Assembly: GCA_045110695.1 (NCBI GenBank)
Contig: JBGCGH010000023.1
Span: 34,238-98,237 of the forward strand
DNA length: 64,000 nucleotides
Direction: 5' to 3'
Source of the DNA: Bdellovibrionales bacterium
GTDB lineage: Bacteria > Bdellovibrionota > Bdellovibrionia > Bdellovibrionales > UBA840
Shown here: piece by piece, positions 55,462-64,000 of the stretch
Position numbering within the stretch: position 1 is the first letter of the stretch
Layout: each line of letters opens with the position of its first letter
Program-made: the position numbers and the translations under genes
Notes under the pieces: generated by a model
Told to the model about the DNA's origin: nothing
Database searches by the model: none
The model's input: the letters and a program-made list of their open reading frames with translations, nothing else

Positions 55462-57206
55462 TTGTTTTTGGCTCCAGAATCGAGCCATCTTTTAAAGTCT
55501 CTAATCCCAGCAGGAGAAAGTCCACCAACCGAGAAAGGCATTTTATAGTTTCTCTCTTGGCCAGTTGGATCGGAGTCGGAAATAAGCCTGTCATAAAGCT
55601 CAGAACCTTCGGCATTTCCAGGTACAATTACCCCTTTTCCAACCATTAATCTGTAGTCAGATATATCATAACCGCCTTCAGCTCTAAAACTATTATGGCA
55701 TCTAATACAACCATTAGTATCAGCATCACCTGCTCCTTCTTCTATGGCAATCCGGTTTTCCATAAGCCAAGCGAAAGATTGAGAAGGTAATCCTACATGT
55801 TTGATATCATCATCCAATAGTCTTATCTCGTACCGATTGACCTTAGAACCAGTTCTACTATCAATAGCTTCTGCATTTGAAATTGAATCTTCAGCAAATG
55901 CTATCCGAATGCTCTCAAAGTTCTTTGTTACCGTGCCTGAATCGTTTTCTTCGTTTTCATATAGATCATCATCATTTATCATTACAATAATTTCTTTTCT
56001 CGTTTCTCCGGCGGCAATTTCAAATAGACTACCATTCACCTCATAATCCCAATTTACCGTTTTTCTTAAGGCGTTATCGTTATCCATCTCTGGAATTAAC
56101 ACAAGACTTCTCCTAGATGCGGTACCGGAAAAACTCAACCTGAATTGTACAGGTAAATTTATAGATTCCGGTTTCCTATCCAACTCAACTATAATTTTTT
56201 GAATAGGATAAGTTGTGTTCTGAACTGCACTTATATCAACATTTCCATCGTTTAATTTAGGAATCGATCCCTCAAAATATTCCTCAATTTCCCAACCGTT
56301 AGTAGCCGCTGGAATAGATTTTTTAGAATTCGGAATATTTTCTAGTTTAAAAGAGATTGTCGGAAAGGAAGCTGTTTCAGGACATACTGTCTCTTCTACT
56401 TCTAGAAGAGCTATACTGAAAAACTCACCACCTTGAACTATATAATCTGTGATTACAGAGGTGGTTCCACCAAGTGATTTTGATTCACCTGGCTTCAGAC
56501 ATACACTCGATTTATACAATGTATTTTTACCTAGCGAATTACCATTCATATAGTAATCAACACCCGTGATAAGTAAATCAGAATCTGCAGATGGATCTAA
56601 ACGAAGTTCCGGTGATGACACTGCAACACCCCAAACTTGACCTAACTCTACCATGTCCTCAATCCTGGAACTGGCAGACAATCCTTGAACCCCATTAATA
56701 TCTGAATACTCAGGATTATAATCTTCAAATGACCAATTTAGATTCCTACTATCTGGGTTTTGAGGATTGGTTATAATATCAAATTCAATATCACTAACAG
56801 AAATACTTCCTTGAGCAGTTAATAAAATTTGTTCCCACTCGGCCTTAAGACGATCAATAATCTCTTGGTTATGTGGACCTCCGGTACCATGACTACTTAC
56901 CGCTCTTAGAGACACATACTCATAGCCAACTGCATAAAAATCTCGGAAGGCCCGATCAATATCACTCGATCCAAAGTGACCGGAGCCACCCCCACCTGAA
57001 ACATGACAACTACTACAGTTGGTCACTAGAAAGCCAGAGTATCCATCTGGTTTCAAAAACTCATCTCGCATTACATTTTGCACAGCGACCTCAGAAAGAC
57101 CCACGCTGGAGCCTAGTTCTGTATGAGTAGAATTACAATTGTTAAAGCTAACCAGAATGATACTAAGGGTACCAAAAGCCGTCAGCAGTCTCCAACTATC
57201 CTTCAC
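55458..57206 (-). CDS. Lipoprotein with two CxxCH motifs, Calx-beta-like module and C-terminal PSCyt1-type (planctomycete cytochrome c) domain
   Basis: Signal/lipobox LSIILVSFNNC. First motif CSSCH. Calx-beta-like module FEIAAGETRKEIIVMINDDDLYENEE. C-terminal CIRCHNS...VIVPGNAEGSELYDRLIS...MPFSVGGLSPAGIRDFKRWLDSGA. Confidence 0.6.
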   Translation of the reverse strand: MKDSWRLLTAFGTLSIILVSFNNCNSTHTELGSSVGLSEVAVQNVMRDEFLKPDGYSGFLVTNCSSCHVSGGGGSGHFGSSDIDRAFRDFYAVGYEYVSLRAVSSHGTGGPHNQEIIDRLKAEWEQILLTAQGSISVSDIEFDIITNPQNPDSRNLNWSFEDYNPEYSDINGVQGLSASSRIEDMVELGQVWGVAVSSPELRLDPSADSDLLITGVDYYMNGNSLGKNTLYKSSVCLKPGESKSLGGTTSVITDYIVQGGEFFSIALLEVEETVCPETASFPTISFKLENIPNSKKSIPAATNGWEIEEYFEGSIPKLNDGNVDISAVQNTTYPIQKIIVELDRKPESINLPVQFRLSFSGTASRRSLVLIPEMDNDNALRKTVNWDYEVNGSLFEIAAGETRKEIIVMINDDDLYENEENDSGTVTKNFESIRIAFAEDSISNAEAIDSRTGSKVNRYEIRLLDDDIKHVGLPSQSFAWLMENRIAIEEGAGDADTNGCIRCHNSFRAEGGYDISDYRLMVGKGVIVPGNAEGSELYDRLISDSDPTGQERNYKMPFSVGGLSPAGIRDFKRWLDSGAKNN

Positions 57207-58706
57207 TTATCCCCCAAACTTATTGATTTTATCATAATCAGATTCACTGATTATACCCCTACCAACAACTTCATTAAACTTTTCGATTTGCCCAGCAAAT
57301 CCTAGATAATTTAAAAATACACCAGCGGCAGCTATTTCAGCGATTCCACCTATGACTTCAGACTCATCTACACCTTGACCTTCTTTAAAACTTCCCAACT
57401 GGCTACCTTTTACAGTAGATTGGTCCTTTAGATTAGGTCGACCGTTGGGACTGAAAGCAAACATATACCACATTCCCCTTGTTCCACCATCAGATGTCCA
57501 AACAGCTTCACCGGGAATTTCCGAATCAGGCGAAGTTACACAACCATCGGTAGTTACTGTGCAAAAAACTTCTTTATTCATTTGTGCAGCAGAAGCTAGG
57601 ATTCTTCCTACCATCTGACCAGCGACTCTATCTTTTTCATCGCCATTCGTTCTGGTATTGTCATGATAATCATAACCACCCATCATTAAGTTAGCAAGTG
57701 GAGCATTTCCCTTAATCGCATTAAAGGCAGCGGAACCAAAAACATAGTTTCTACTATTTGAGCCAGTGTCTGCATCCACTCCCCACACTCCTGCATAATC
57801 GGTTACATCACCGCCAACAATCATTGGGTCAGTACCGAGCTCGTCTCTAGAAATCAAATCAGAGTTTTTGATCCCAGCACATTTAACAAGATTCTGAAGT
57901 TTTGAGCCATAGGTCATTGAAGCAATATCTCTGAGTTGTCTATCATTCATGCTAGAAACTAGTTTTATTAGTTTTTCTTGGTTAGCTTTTCCACCCAATT
58001 GTTGTTGCCAATCTCCTGTAAGAAGAATACTTCTTTCGAGATCATCTACATTATTAATATTTACTGGGGCTTTTGGAGCTACCATGGCCGCACGATTTCT
58101 GTTTCCAAAGATACCTGGTAACATTTCACCAGAGCGAACCTTATCAACCATACCTGATATATCAATTTTATTCTCCGCAGTATCATCTCTGGATTCCACA
58201 CAAACACTAACAAAAGAAGTGTTATTAATTGCGTTTCCTGCTGTTTCTTTTAATCCTTCCAGAAAAGTGGAATTTGCGTACCAAACACTATTTCCAAATT
58301 CAATACTAGTTTGATTAGAAAGCTGAGCTCTAGTACCCAAACCAATTTTGGAATAGCTAGAGATCATCTGCCCACCTTTATCCAAAGGAATTGCATGGGA
58401 GCTTAAACCTGATCCACCACCTAAATTCACATTTATAAAACCTGGCATTTGACTAGCACTTCCTCCAGCACTACATCTACTTGCACCCTGGGCATGAGCA
58501 TTGTTTATCCCAATTACTTGCAATAAACTTGGAGTTACAATACTTGCCGCGAAGGGAATTAAGCCCGTCGCTAAGAAATCTCGTCTAGTCACCGGCTTTT
58601 TATTATGAAGACCTTCAAATGTAACTTCCGTTTGATAGTTCTCGTTCGTTATATCTTGATTTACTTTTTTCTTTATATTTTTCTTTTTGTTTTTCATGGT
58701 CCCCAC
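57207..58706 (-). CDS. Tat-exported DUF1501 family protein (sulfatase/alkaline-phosphatase superfamily)
   Basis: Twin-arginine signal TRRDFLATGLIPFAA. GGYDYHDN corresponds to the GGWDTH motif of DUF1501. 499 aa. Confidence 0.7.
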   Translation of the reverse strand: MGTMKNKKKNIKKKVNQDITNENYQTEVTFEGLHNKKPVTRRDFLATGLIPFAASIVTPSLLQVIGINNAHAQGASRCSAGGSASQMPGFINVNLGGGSGLSSHAIPLDKGGQMISSYSKIGLGTRAQLSNQTSIEFGNSVWYANSTFLEGLKETAGNAINNTSFVSVCVESRDDTAENKIDISGMVDKVRSGEMLPGIFGNRNRAAMVAPKAPVNINNVDDLERSILLTGDWQQQLGGKANQEKLIKLVSSMNDRQLRDIASMTYGSKLQNLVKCAGIKNSDLISRDELGTDPMIVGGDVTDYAGVWGVDADTGSNSRNYVFGSAAFNAIKGNAPLANLMMGGYDYHDNTRTNGDEKDRVAGQMVGRILASAAQMNKEVFCTVTTDGCVTSPDSEIPGEAVWTSDGGTRGMWYMFAFSPNGRPNLKDQSTVKGSQLGSFKEGQGVDESEVIGGIAEIAAAGVFLNYLGFAGQIEKFNEVVGRGIISESDYDKINKFGG

Positions 58707-58719
58707 CCTTAATAATCCT

Positions 58720-59352
58720 TTAATTTACAAATGCATCTGCTGAAGCTAAAATAGCCGTACACATAAACAGACTTGCCGTTCTTGGATCTGGACTATTTCC
58801 ATAAGTATTTACAATCTCGTTCAAAATTCTATCTCTCTCTTCCGGATCTTCATTTCTTCTCCAACAAGATCGGCTAAGGCGTCTCATTGAGTTTACCATT
58901 GCCTCTTCCTGCCACTGGTCTCTATCAAAGTCTATTTCTTTGAAAAATCCCCTATTACTTGAATCCAATATTTCTTCTGTTCTAATTACGTTATCACAAA
59001 GAGCTCCTGAAAGACTTGTAAGAGCCATCATCATTGGTCCGTTTACCTCTCCAGCTTCACCCTTGATAGCTAAACTTGCTTTAGTATTATTAAAAGTACT
59101 AACCACATCATTAGACAACTCATCATCGCGTATTTGTAAACACTCCGTGTAGTTATCTAAAACCTGTCTTGCAGAAACAACACTTACGGTTTTCTCACCG
59201 TAAAAAATAATATCTTCAGCCGCAAAAACATCTAAGTTACCAGAACCATCAGCGTGGTACTGACTACAGGCATGTCCAAAACCAAGCATCATTGCACCAG
59301 AAAACATTAGTAGTGATACAATTTTTATATTCCTACGTTTCATATTAAACAT
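58720..59352 (-). CDS. Hypothetical lipoprotein
   Basis: Signal plus lipobox MMLGFGHAC. 210 aa, helical. 8-nt overlap with the upstream gene. Confidence 0.45.
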   Translation of the reverse strand: MFNMKRRNIKIVSLLMFSGAMMLGFGHACSQYHADGSGNLDVFAAEDIIFYGEKTVSVVSARQVLDNYTECLQIRDDELSNDVVSTFNNTKASLAIKGEAGEVNGPMMMALTSLSGALCDNVIRTEEILDSSNRGFFKEIDFDRDQWQEEAMVNSMRRLSRSCWRRNEDPEERDRILNEIVNTYGNSPDPRTASLFMCTAILASADAFVN

Positions 59353-61414
59353 CCCCTATACATTCTTTCGACGTAACTACTCTTTGAAAAAGCTTTTTAA
59401 GATTAAAGTCAGTTTTGAATTCTACTGCTTTTTGATCAATAAAATTATCTTCAATTGGCGTTGCCTCTCTTTTACAAACAGATGCGAATACTCTTTTAGC
59501 CATACAACGAGGAAAAGCCTCTGTACCGGCAACTTGCCTTGCAAATGCAGGGAGACCCTTTCCATCGCTAGTATCACTCCAGCCTATAAGGTTCGCATTT
59601 TTACCTAGATTGGCGTAGTTCTTAAAACTATTGTCAACAGTGACGTGAGCCGCTGGTGCAACATCATTATTATTTGCAAACTTATAGGATACCCACTGCG
59701 GCACACCATTAACATCCACAGTCCTCACAAACATGTTACTATCAAAATTTGCTTTACCTTTATCAAATCCTATTACGGGTCCGTAATTCACATAGCCACC
59801 ATCAAAGTCATACCTTGAAAAGGCATCTCTGAAACCGTCCATAGGAACATGACAGGATTTACAGTTAATTTCAAATTTCTGATGCTCTCCGCTCGGCAAA
59901 CGCGTAATGTCTCTACCGATTCGGTTGTCTGGACCTCTGGTACTCGCAATTTCGTCGATACCAAGGCATAAAAAGTTTCTAAAAGTATACTCTACAGGTC
60001 TTCTCCCTGTCCCTAAAATATGGTGGGCACCCATAAAAGACCTTGATGTTAACAGACCAGCCGGTGCTTCATGGACAAGCGGATCATCTCTACCATTTGT
60101 TAACATTTGAGGGACTTTTTCTAAATAGGCTGAAATATCTACGCCCTGCTCGTTAGCTAATTTTTCTAGAGCACTATAGTGATTATTAGACATTAGTATG
60201 TCGTTGTTCATATTTTGAGGAGCGCCACTAGCAGGTGAGGCCTTGTAAATATAGTTTCCCGTTAACATTTCTTGCGCAGACCTATCGTCTCTTACTAAAC
60301 CCATAATAGTGGCAGTGAAATCGTTTAGTACTGTATCAACCGTTTCTTCTCTGGTTGACATTCTTGCACCAAAGTCCTTAACCGTTCTATTAATAAAACC
60401 TGGGTCACTAGTTGCAATTGCCGCTGCACCTTCTAAATCTCCTGAATCAATTTTTTGAGCCATGGCCAATATTGAAGGGTGATCTACCGATAAGCGCTTA
60501 CCAGTTATTCTGGTAAATATTACTGAGGCAGTTTTTTGTGACCCACTTACTTCGTCAAACATATTACTATCCGTGATCTGAACATTTGTTGGATCAGGTA
60601 AGCCGTTAATTTGGGTCAAACTCAAAGAGCTACAACCTAACTTCACAGATTTTACTTTTCCTTTCCAATGACTTGCATCCGTACCGGAATCTACGCTTGG
60701 GTCATTACCAATATAAAGATGAACATCATTTTTCATCAAATCATCTAATTTAGAAAATGGTGCCTCACCACGAGATTGCTGTACCATGTAACCATCACGA
60801 TCGCTTAAATACAACTTAGCTTCACCCAAACGGTTCACTGTGTATACCAATCTTTGGAAACTATCTATTGGCTGAGCGTTAACCCCTGAATCAGCATTCT
60901 TATAAAGTGCATTCTCTTTAGTTTGTATACCCTCATCGGCCACTAAAAATGGACCTGCGTTATAAATTTGTCTTAGGCTGAATAAACTGTTGAAGTCGCC
61001 ATCGTTATTCACTCGACCAATAGATAACATTCTGTCGTCATCCGTAGTGCTTTCCAGAAAACTCTCGGCGTTGAAAAGTAGCTCTAAGTTAAACTCTTTG
61101 GAGTCGGGGGAACAAGAACTGAGGACTGAACCTAAGCTGGCTTCCAATCGAATAAAGTTTGCAGACATATCAATGTGTCTGAAGCCAGATGTATCTAGCC
61201 TTACATCATCAGCATCATAGGCTGGATCTCCGATGCTATCACTTGGTATACCTCCAACTACAAACTTTTGTCCGCCATTGGAAATCTTGTAGATCCTACC
61301 GTTACTTCTCTCCACTCCAACAGAGTTGAAATCAAAATTCAACTCTTGAGCATTTAAAGAAATGCAACTCAAACCAAATGCTGTAAAATACAGTACATTT
61401 TTAAATACTACCAT
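59345..61414 (-). CDS. Secreted protein with single CxxCH motif (DUF1588/PSD-like C-terminal half)
   Basis: Signal MVVFKNVLYFTAFGLSCISLNA. AGLLTSRSFMGAHH...RRPVEYTFRNFLC and CKSCHVPMDGFRD resemble the planctomycete PSD/DUF158x family partners of DUF1501. Confidence 0.55.
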   Translation of the reverse strand: MVVFKNVLYFTAFGLSCISLNAQELNFDFNSVGVERSNGRIYKISNGGQKFVVGGIPSDSIGDPAYDADDVRLDTSGFRHIDMSANFIRLEASLGSVLSSCSPDSKEFNLELLFNAESFLESTTDDDRMLSIGRVNNDGDFNSLFSLRQIYNAGPFLVADEGIQTKENALYKNADSGVNAQPIDSFQRLVYTVNRLGEAKLYLSDRDGYMVQQSRGEAPFSKLDDLMKNDVHLYIGNDPSVDSGTDASHWKGKVKSVKLGCSSLSLTQINGLPDPTNVQITDSNMFDEVSGSQKTASVIFTRITGKRLSVDHPSILAMAQKIDSGDLEGAAAIATSDPGFINRTVKDFGARMSTREETVDTVLNDFTATIMGLVRDDRSAQEMLTGNYIYKASPASGAPQNMNNDILMSNNHYSALEKLANEQGVDISAYLEKVPQMLTNGRDDPLVHEAPAGLLTSRSFMGAHHILGTGRRPVEYTFRNFLCLGIDEIASTRGPDNRIGRDITRLPSGEHQKFEINCKSCHVPMDGFRDAFSRYDFDGGYVNYGPVIGFDKGKANFDSNMFVRTVDVNGVPQWVSYKFANNNDVAPAAHVTVDNSFKNYANLGKNANLIGWSDTSDGKGLPAFARQVAGTEAFPRCMAKRVFASVCKREATPIEDNFIDQKAVEFKTDFNLKKLFQRVVTSKECIGDV

Positions 61415-63435
61415 TGCCCCGGCCCCTCAAATTGTACATAGTCAAAAACTGATACTTTTCCTCTATTCTGTTTACTGACATCGATATTAAATTTCGGTGA
61501 ACCAACTACTACATTAGAGCCGCTTGCATCTAAAGAATAACCAAATTGGCTACCAGATTTTCTTATTCCCTCGTTGATGTGGATTACTCTATTTTTCTTT
61601 AAAACAAACTGATTCTTTCCAGCAGATTCATTCATAATTGGATCTTTAAAACGGTACCAATCTACTTTTCCACCAACTTCAGCCATGAACGGGCTAGAGA
61701 TAAAAAGATTGGAGTTTTCGTCCATAGATAGTGAATAACCAAATCCACTAGTACCATTTAATACTGCTCTGTATATAGAATCAGTAATATCGAAAACTAT
61801 GACCCTACCCGAAACATCCGCAGCTTTATAATTAGGTGCTCCGATAGCCAATTTTCCATCATTGGATAGATCAACACTAAAGCCAAATTCATCATTTGGC
61901 TTTACATAATCACCTTCAAAGGTTTTAACTTTTGTAGCACCATTCATAGTACTGTTTAATTTAAAAAGGTGCACTTTGCCTTTCTGATTCGAAGTTCGAT
62001 TAAAAGGTCTTCCAGCCGCAACATATAGGTCAGCTCCAATTTTACTCATTGAAACAGAGTATCCAAATTTAGCTTGATAGATCCCAGACTCAGGATCACT
62101 AATTTTGAACAATGGGCTTAGAGACTCGTTTAAAATTGTAAGACTACCAAAACCATCGTTATCTTCATCAATACCGGATACAACGTAGCCAGAAGCATAA
62201 TCAATACTTGCTCCAACTTTATAAGTGTTGTTACCCAGAAATTGAGTTGGATTTGCAGACTTAAAAGTTCCATCTGCGTTTAACTCATATCTCCACAAAG
62301 CGCCGTTATAATCGTTGGCGATAGCTGATCCTGCGTAAACAAATATTTTATTTTGACTATTTCTCACAAGCTTCAGTGAAGTAGGAAAAGTTCCACCCCT
62401 GAAGCTACTTAAATCTACTCGCTGTGATTGGTCCCAGGTATCATCTGAGTTTGAAGCTAAATTCGCTCCCTTATTTAATCTATAAATTTGAATGTAGCCA
62501 TTGTTAGAACTAGGACCCACGTTTGCCTTACCCGCAAGGGCAGCCATTAGGTCGCCATCTATACTTACCGCTTCACCAAGCTCGTCATAATTTAGAGGAT
62601 CTTTACCGTCTAAATCTTTTGATTTCAGGCATGAATTAATAACCTGAACTTGAAATCTACGTTCATTACTTTTTATGTTAGCACAGGCGCCCAGTTCGCT
62701 TCTAACAACAACCTCAAACTCTCCAGACCTACACTCAGAATCGTTTCCATTGGCTATTGTGATCATTCCGTTATTGTTACAATTCAAATTTACGCCACCA
62801 GTTCCCATGGCCTGGCAGTCTTCAGCAGGATTACTCGTTTGCAGCTCTATAGCCTGGGTTTCACCATTTCGACGAATCACCCTTCCAGCCGAAGCCATGA
62901 ACCGAATTCTGTCTGCAGATTCACCAGTTATGTGATCAATTTTTTGGTTTAGGACAGGCAGAAGGGACATATGAGTTCCAGCTGTGTCGCTTGCGTCACC
63001 CATTCCTGAATAAAAATATACTTTGTTATTAAAATTGCTCCCTGTCTTGCTATCTATGTCGACAGTCACTTTAGGGTTACTGGAATTAGACTCATATCTT
63101 ACCCAGTTTAAAACAGGAGCTTCAGGTACTAAATTTAAACCGTCCTCGGTATATGGCACACATGCATCTACAGGAGGTAAAGGTGCTGGTTGGTCATCAA
63201 TGATGATTCCACCGCCGTCGTCGTTTCCACCACCATCTTCTGGTGGGTTTGTGTTTTCGTCATCGATACCACTACCAGCTACGTTAATGCTAGCAATAGG
63301 CTCTAGTCTTCCACAGTTTTGATAGGATACTAGAATGATTAAACCAAACAGGAGTACTGAAAGTTGAACAGAATTTCTTTTAATTCTACCTTTTCCCAAT
63401 TCGCCCCCTACAACGAAATTAAATATACGTCTCAC
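61408..63435 (-). CDS. FG-GAP (integrin-alpha-like) beta-propeller lipoprotein
   Basis: Lipobox-like LIILVSYQNC. G/D-rich linker. At least four FG-GAP units (FGYSVSMSKIGADLYVAAGRPF, FGFSVDLSNDGKLAIGAPNY, FGYSLSMDENSNLFISSPF, FGYSLDASGSNVVVGSPKF). The likely true start is TTG 63399 (GGGGG SD) rather than GTG 63435. Confidence 0.65.
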   Translation of the reverse strand: MRRIFNFVVGGELGKGRIKRNSVQLSVLLFGLIILVSYQNCGRLEPIASINVAGSGIDDENTNPPEDGGGNDDGGGIIIDDQPAPLPPVDACVPYTEDGLNLVPEAPVLNWVRYESNSSNPKVTVDIDSKTGSNFNNKVYFYSGMGDASDTAGTHMSLLPVLNQKIDHITGESADRIRFMASAGRVIRRNGETQAIELQTSNPAEDCQAMGTGGVNLNCNNNGMITIANGNDSECRSGEFEVVVRSELGACANIKSNERRFQVQVINSCLKSKDLDGKDPLNYDELGEAVSIDGDLMAALAGKANVGPSSNNGYIQIYRLNKGANLASNSDDTWDQSQRVDLSSFRGGTFPTSLKLVRNSQNKIFVYAGSAIANDYNGALWRYELNADGTFKSANPTQFLGNNTYKVGASIDYASGYVVSGIDEDNDGFGSLTILNESLSPLFKISDPESGIYQAKFGYSVSMSKIGADLYVAAGRPFNRTSNQKGKVHLFKLNSTMNGATKVKTFEGDYVKPNDEFGFSVDLSNDGKLAIGAPNYKAADVSGRVIVFDITDSIYRAVLNGTSGFGYSLSMDENSNLFISSPFMAEVGGKVDWYRFKDPIMNESAGKNQFVLKKNRVIHINEGIRKSGSQFGYSLDASGSNVVVGSPKFNIDVSKQNRGKVSVFDYVQFEGPGQW

Positions 63436-63541
63436 TTATTAATCTATCGGCTCAAGATAGGATTAGACTAAAGTCTTTTTGTAATTTTTTGTGGCTTTTT
63501 TGAGAAAAATCTAAGAATCGTCAAAAGTCTGTACAGGGGTG

Positions 63542-63594
63542 TTGTATATTAGGCGAACACTTCTTATAATTTGCTGTCTAACTTTTGGTTAGAC
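63542..63594 (+). promoter_or_regulatory. Promoter plus perfect palindrome upstream of the ABC-F gene
   Basis: TTGTAT (63542-47), 17 nt spacer, TATAAT (63565-70). GTCTAAC-TTTTG-GTTAGAC palindrome at 63576-63594, just downstream of the -10. Confidence 0.4.
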
Positions 63595-63655
63595 ATTAAT
63601 TCTTAAAACACTTTGTTAATTATGTAGTTAATTTAGACACCCCAGGAAGTGAATC

Positions 63656-64000
63656 TTGAGCCTAATAAGCCTTCAAAATATTGGAAAAATCTTTGGAAAT
63701 AAGACCCTATTTCAGAGCCTGAATCTCAGCATTGAGGACAAACAGAAAATTGCCGTTATAGGTAAAAATGGAACCGGAAAGTCGACTCTAATGAAAATTA
63801 TGGCTGGAATCGAAGACTATAACTCGGGTGATATTACCAAAAAAAAAGGCCTCCAAGTTGAGTATGTGGCCCAGGACAGTGTGTTTCCGGAAAATAAAAG
63901 CATTTTTGAGATCATTTTTGAACACCTAGAATCAAAAGGGGTTAGCGATGAAGATATTTATATCGATGTTGGGTCCTCGATTAGTATTGGTGGATTTGAA
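63656..64000 (+). CDS. ABC-F type ATPase (Uup/EttA-like), 3'-truncated by window edge; absent from ORF track
   Basis: TTG start with AGGAAG 6 nt upstream. (M)SLISLQNIGKIFGNKTLFQSLNLSI...GKNGTGKSTLMKIMAG (Walker A). The frame is open to base 64000. Confidence 0.85.
   Translation, partial: MSLISLQNIGKIFGNKTLFQSLNLSIEDKQKIAVIGKNGTGKSTLMKIMAGIEDYNSGDITKKKGLQVEYVAQDSVFPENKSIFEIIFEHLESKGVSDEDIYIDVGSSISIGGFE

Noticed and set aside
1-64000. Search for CRISPR arrays, IS elements/transposases, integrases, prophage genes, rRNA
   Set aside because: I saw no regularly spaced direct repeats, no transposase or integrase-like translations and no rRNA-like sequence on either strand. The only mobile-element-like signal is the TA pair by the tRNA.

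Overview
This is an AT-rich, gene-dense bacterial chromosomal segment with about 70 CDS, many translationally coupled by ATGA or TAATG overlaps. The gene content looks like a Bdellovibrio-like predator (Bacteriovorax/Halobacteriovorax-type); that is an inference from content, not from a search. All family names come from motifs read by eye in the translations, and no database search or RNA folding was run.

Recognisable content:
- A tRNA-Ser(GGA) directly abutted by a HEPN/MNT toxin-antitoxin pair.
- A seven-gene Agl/Glt-like gliding-motor operon: one ExbB/TolQ, two ExbD/TolR, an FHA-TonB-like GltG/PglI-type protein, two large TPR-like proteins and a putative OM barrel.
- A complete caa3-type cytochrome c oxidase operon (SCO, CoxII-cyt c, CoxI, CoxIII, CoxIV, heme O synthase).
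- The conserved SRP RNA-dnaX-ybaB-recR block, followed directly by an mglA-type GTPase.
- nadA, an AlkB-type hydroxylase, a PhoA-type alkaline phosphatase, an Ntn penicillin/AHL-acylase and an aromatic amino acid hydroxylase.
- Several regulators (TetR, LysR, an orphan histidine kinase with a binding protein, PilZ).

No transposase, integrase, CRISPR array or rRNA is present.

Most interesting observations:
1. An orphan ~105-nt RNA gene (17478-17619) with its own promoter and terminator and four G6 tracts displayed in hairpin loops and linkers. It sits beside a TetR-GNAT operon whose RBS is flanked by complementary C-rich patches.
2. An A10 slippery run in dnaX at the domain III/IV boundary, with stop codons immediately in both alternative frames. 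This looks like a tau/gamma-type recoding site.
3. A tightly coupled five-gene envelope operon (55458-63435) of unknown function. It combines an FG-GAP propeller lipoprotein, a CxxCH protein, a Tat-exported DUF1501-type protein and a PSCyt-type CxxCH/Calx-beta lipoprotein.
4. Two homopolymer features: a T16 run inside a small CDS, and a T6/A6-associated frame break at the 5' end of a TfoX-like gene.
5. An MglA with Ser at the Gly21-equivalent P-loop position and no adjacent mglB.
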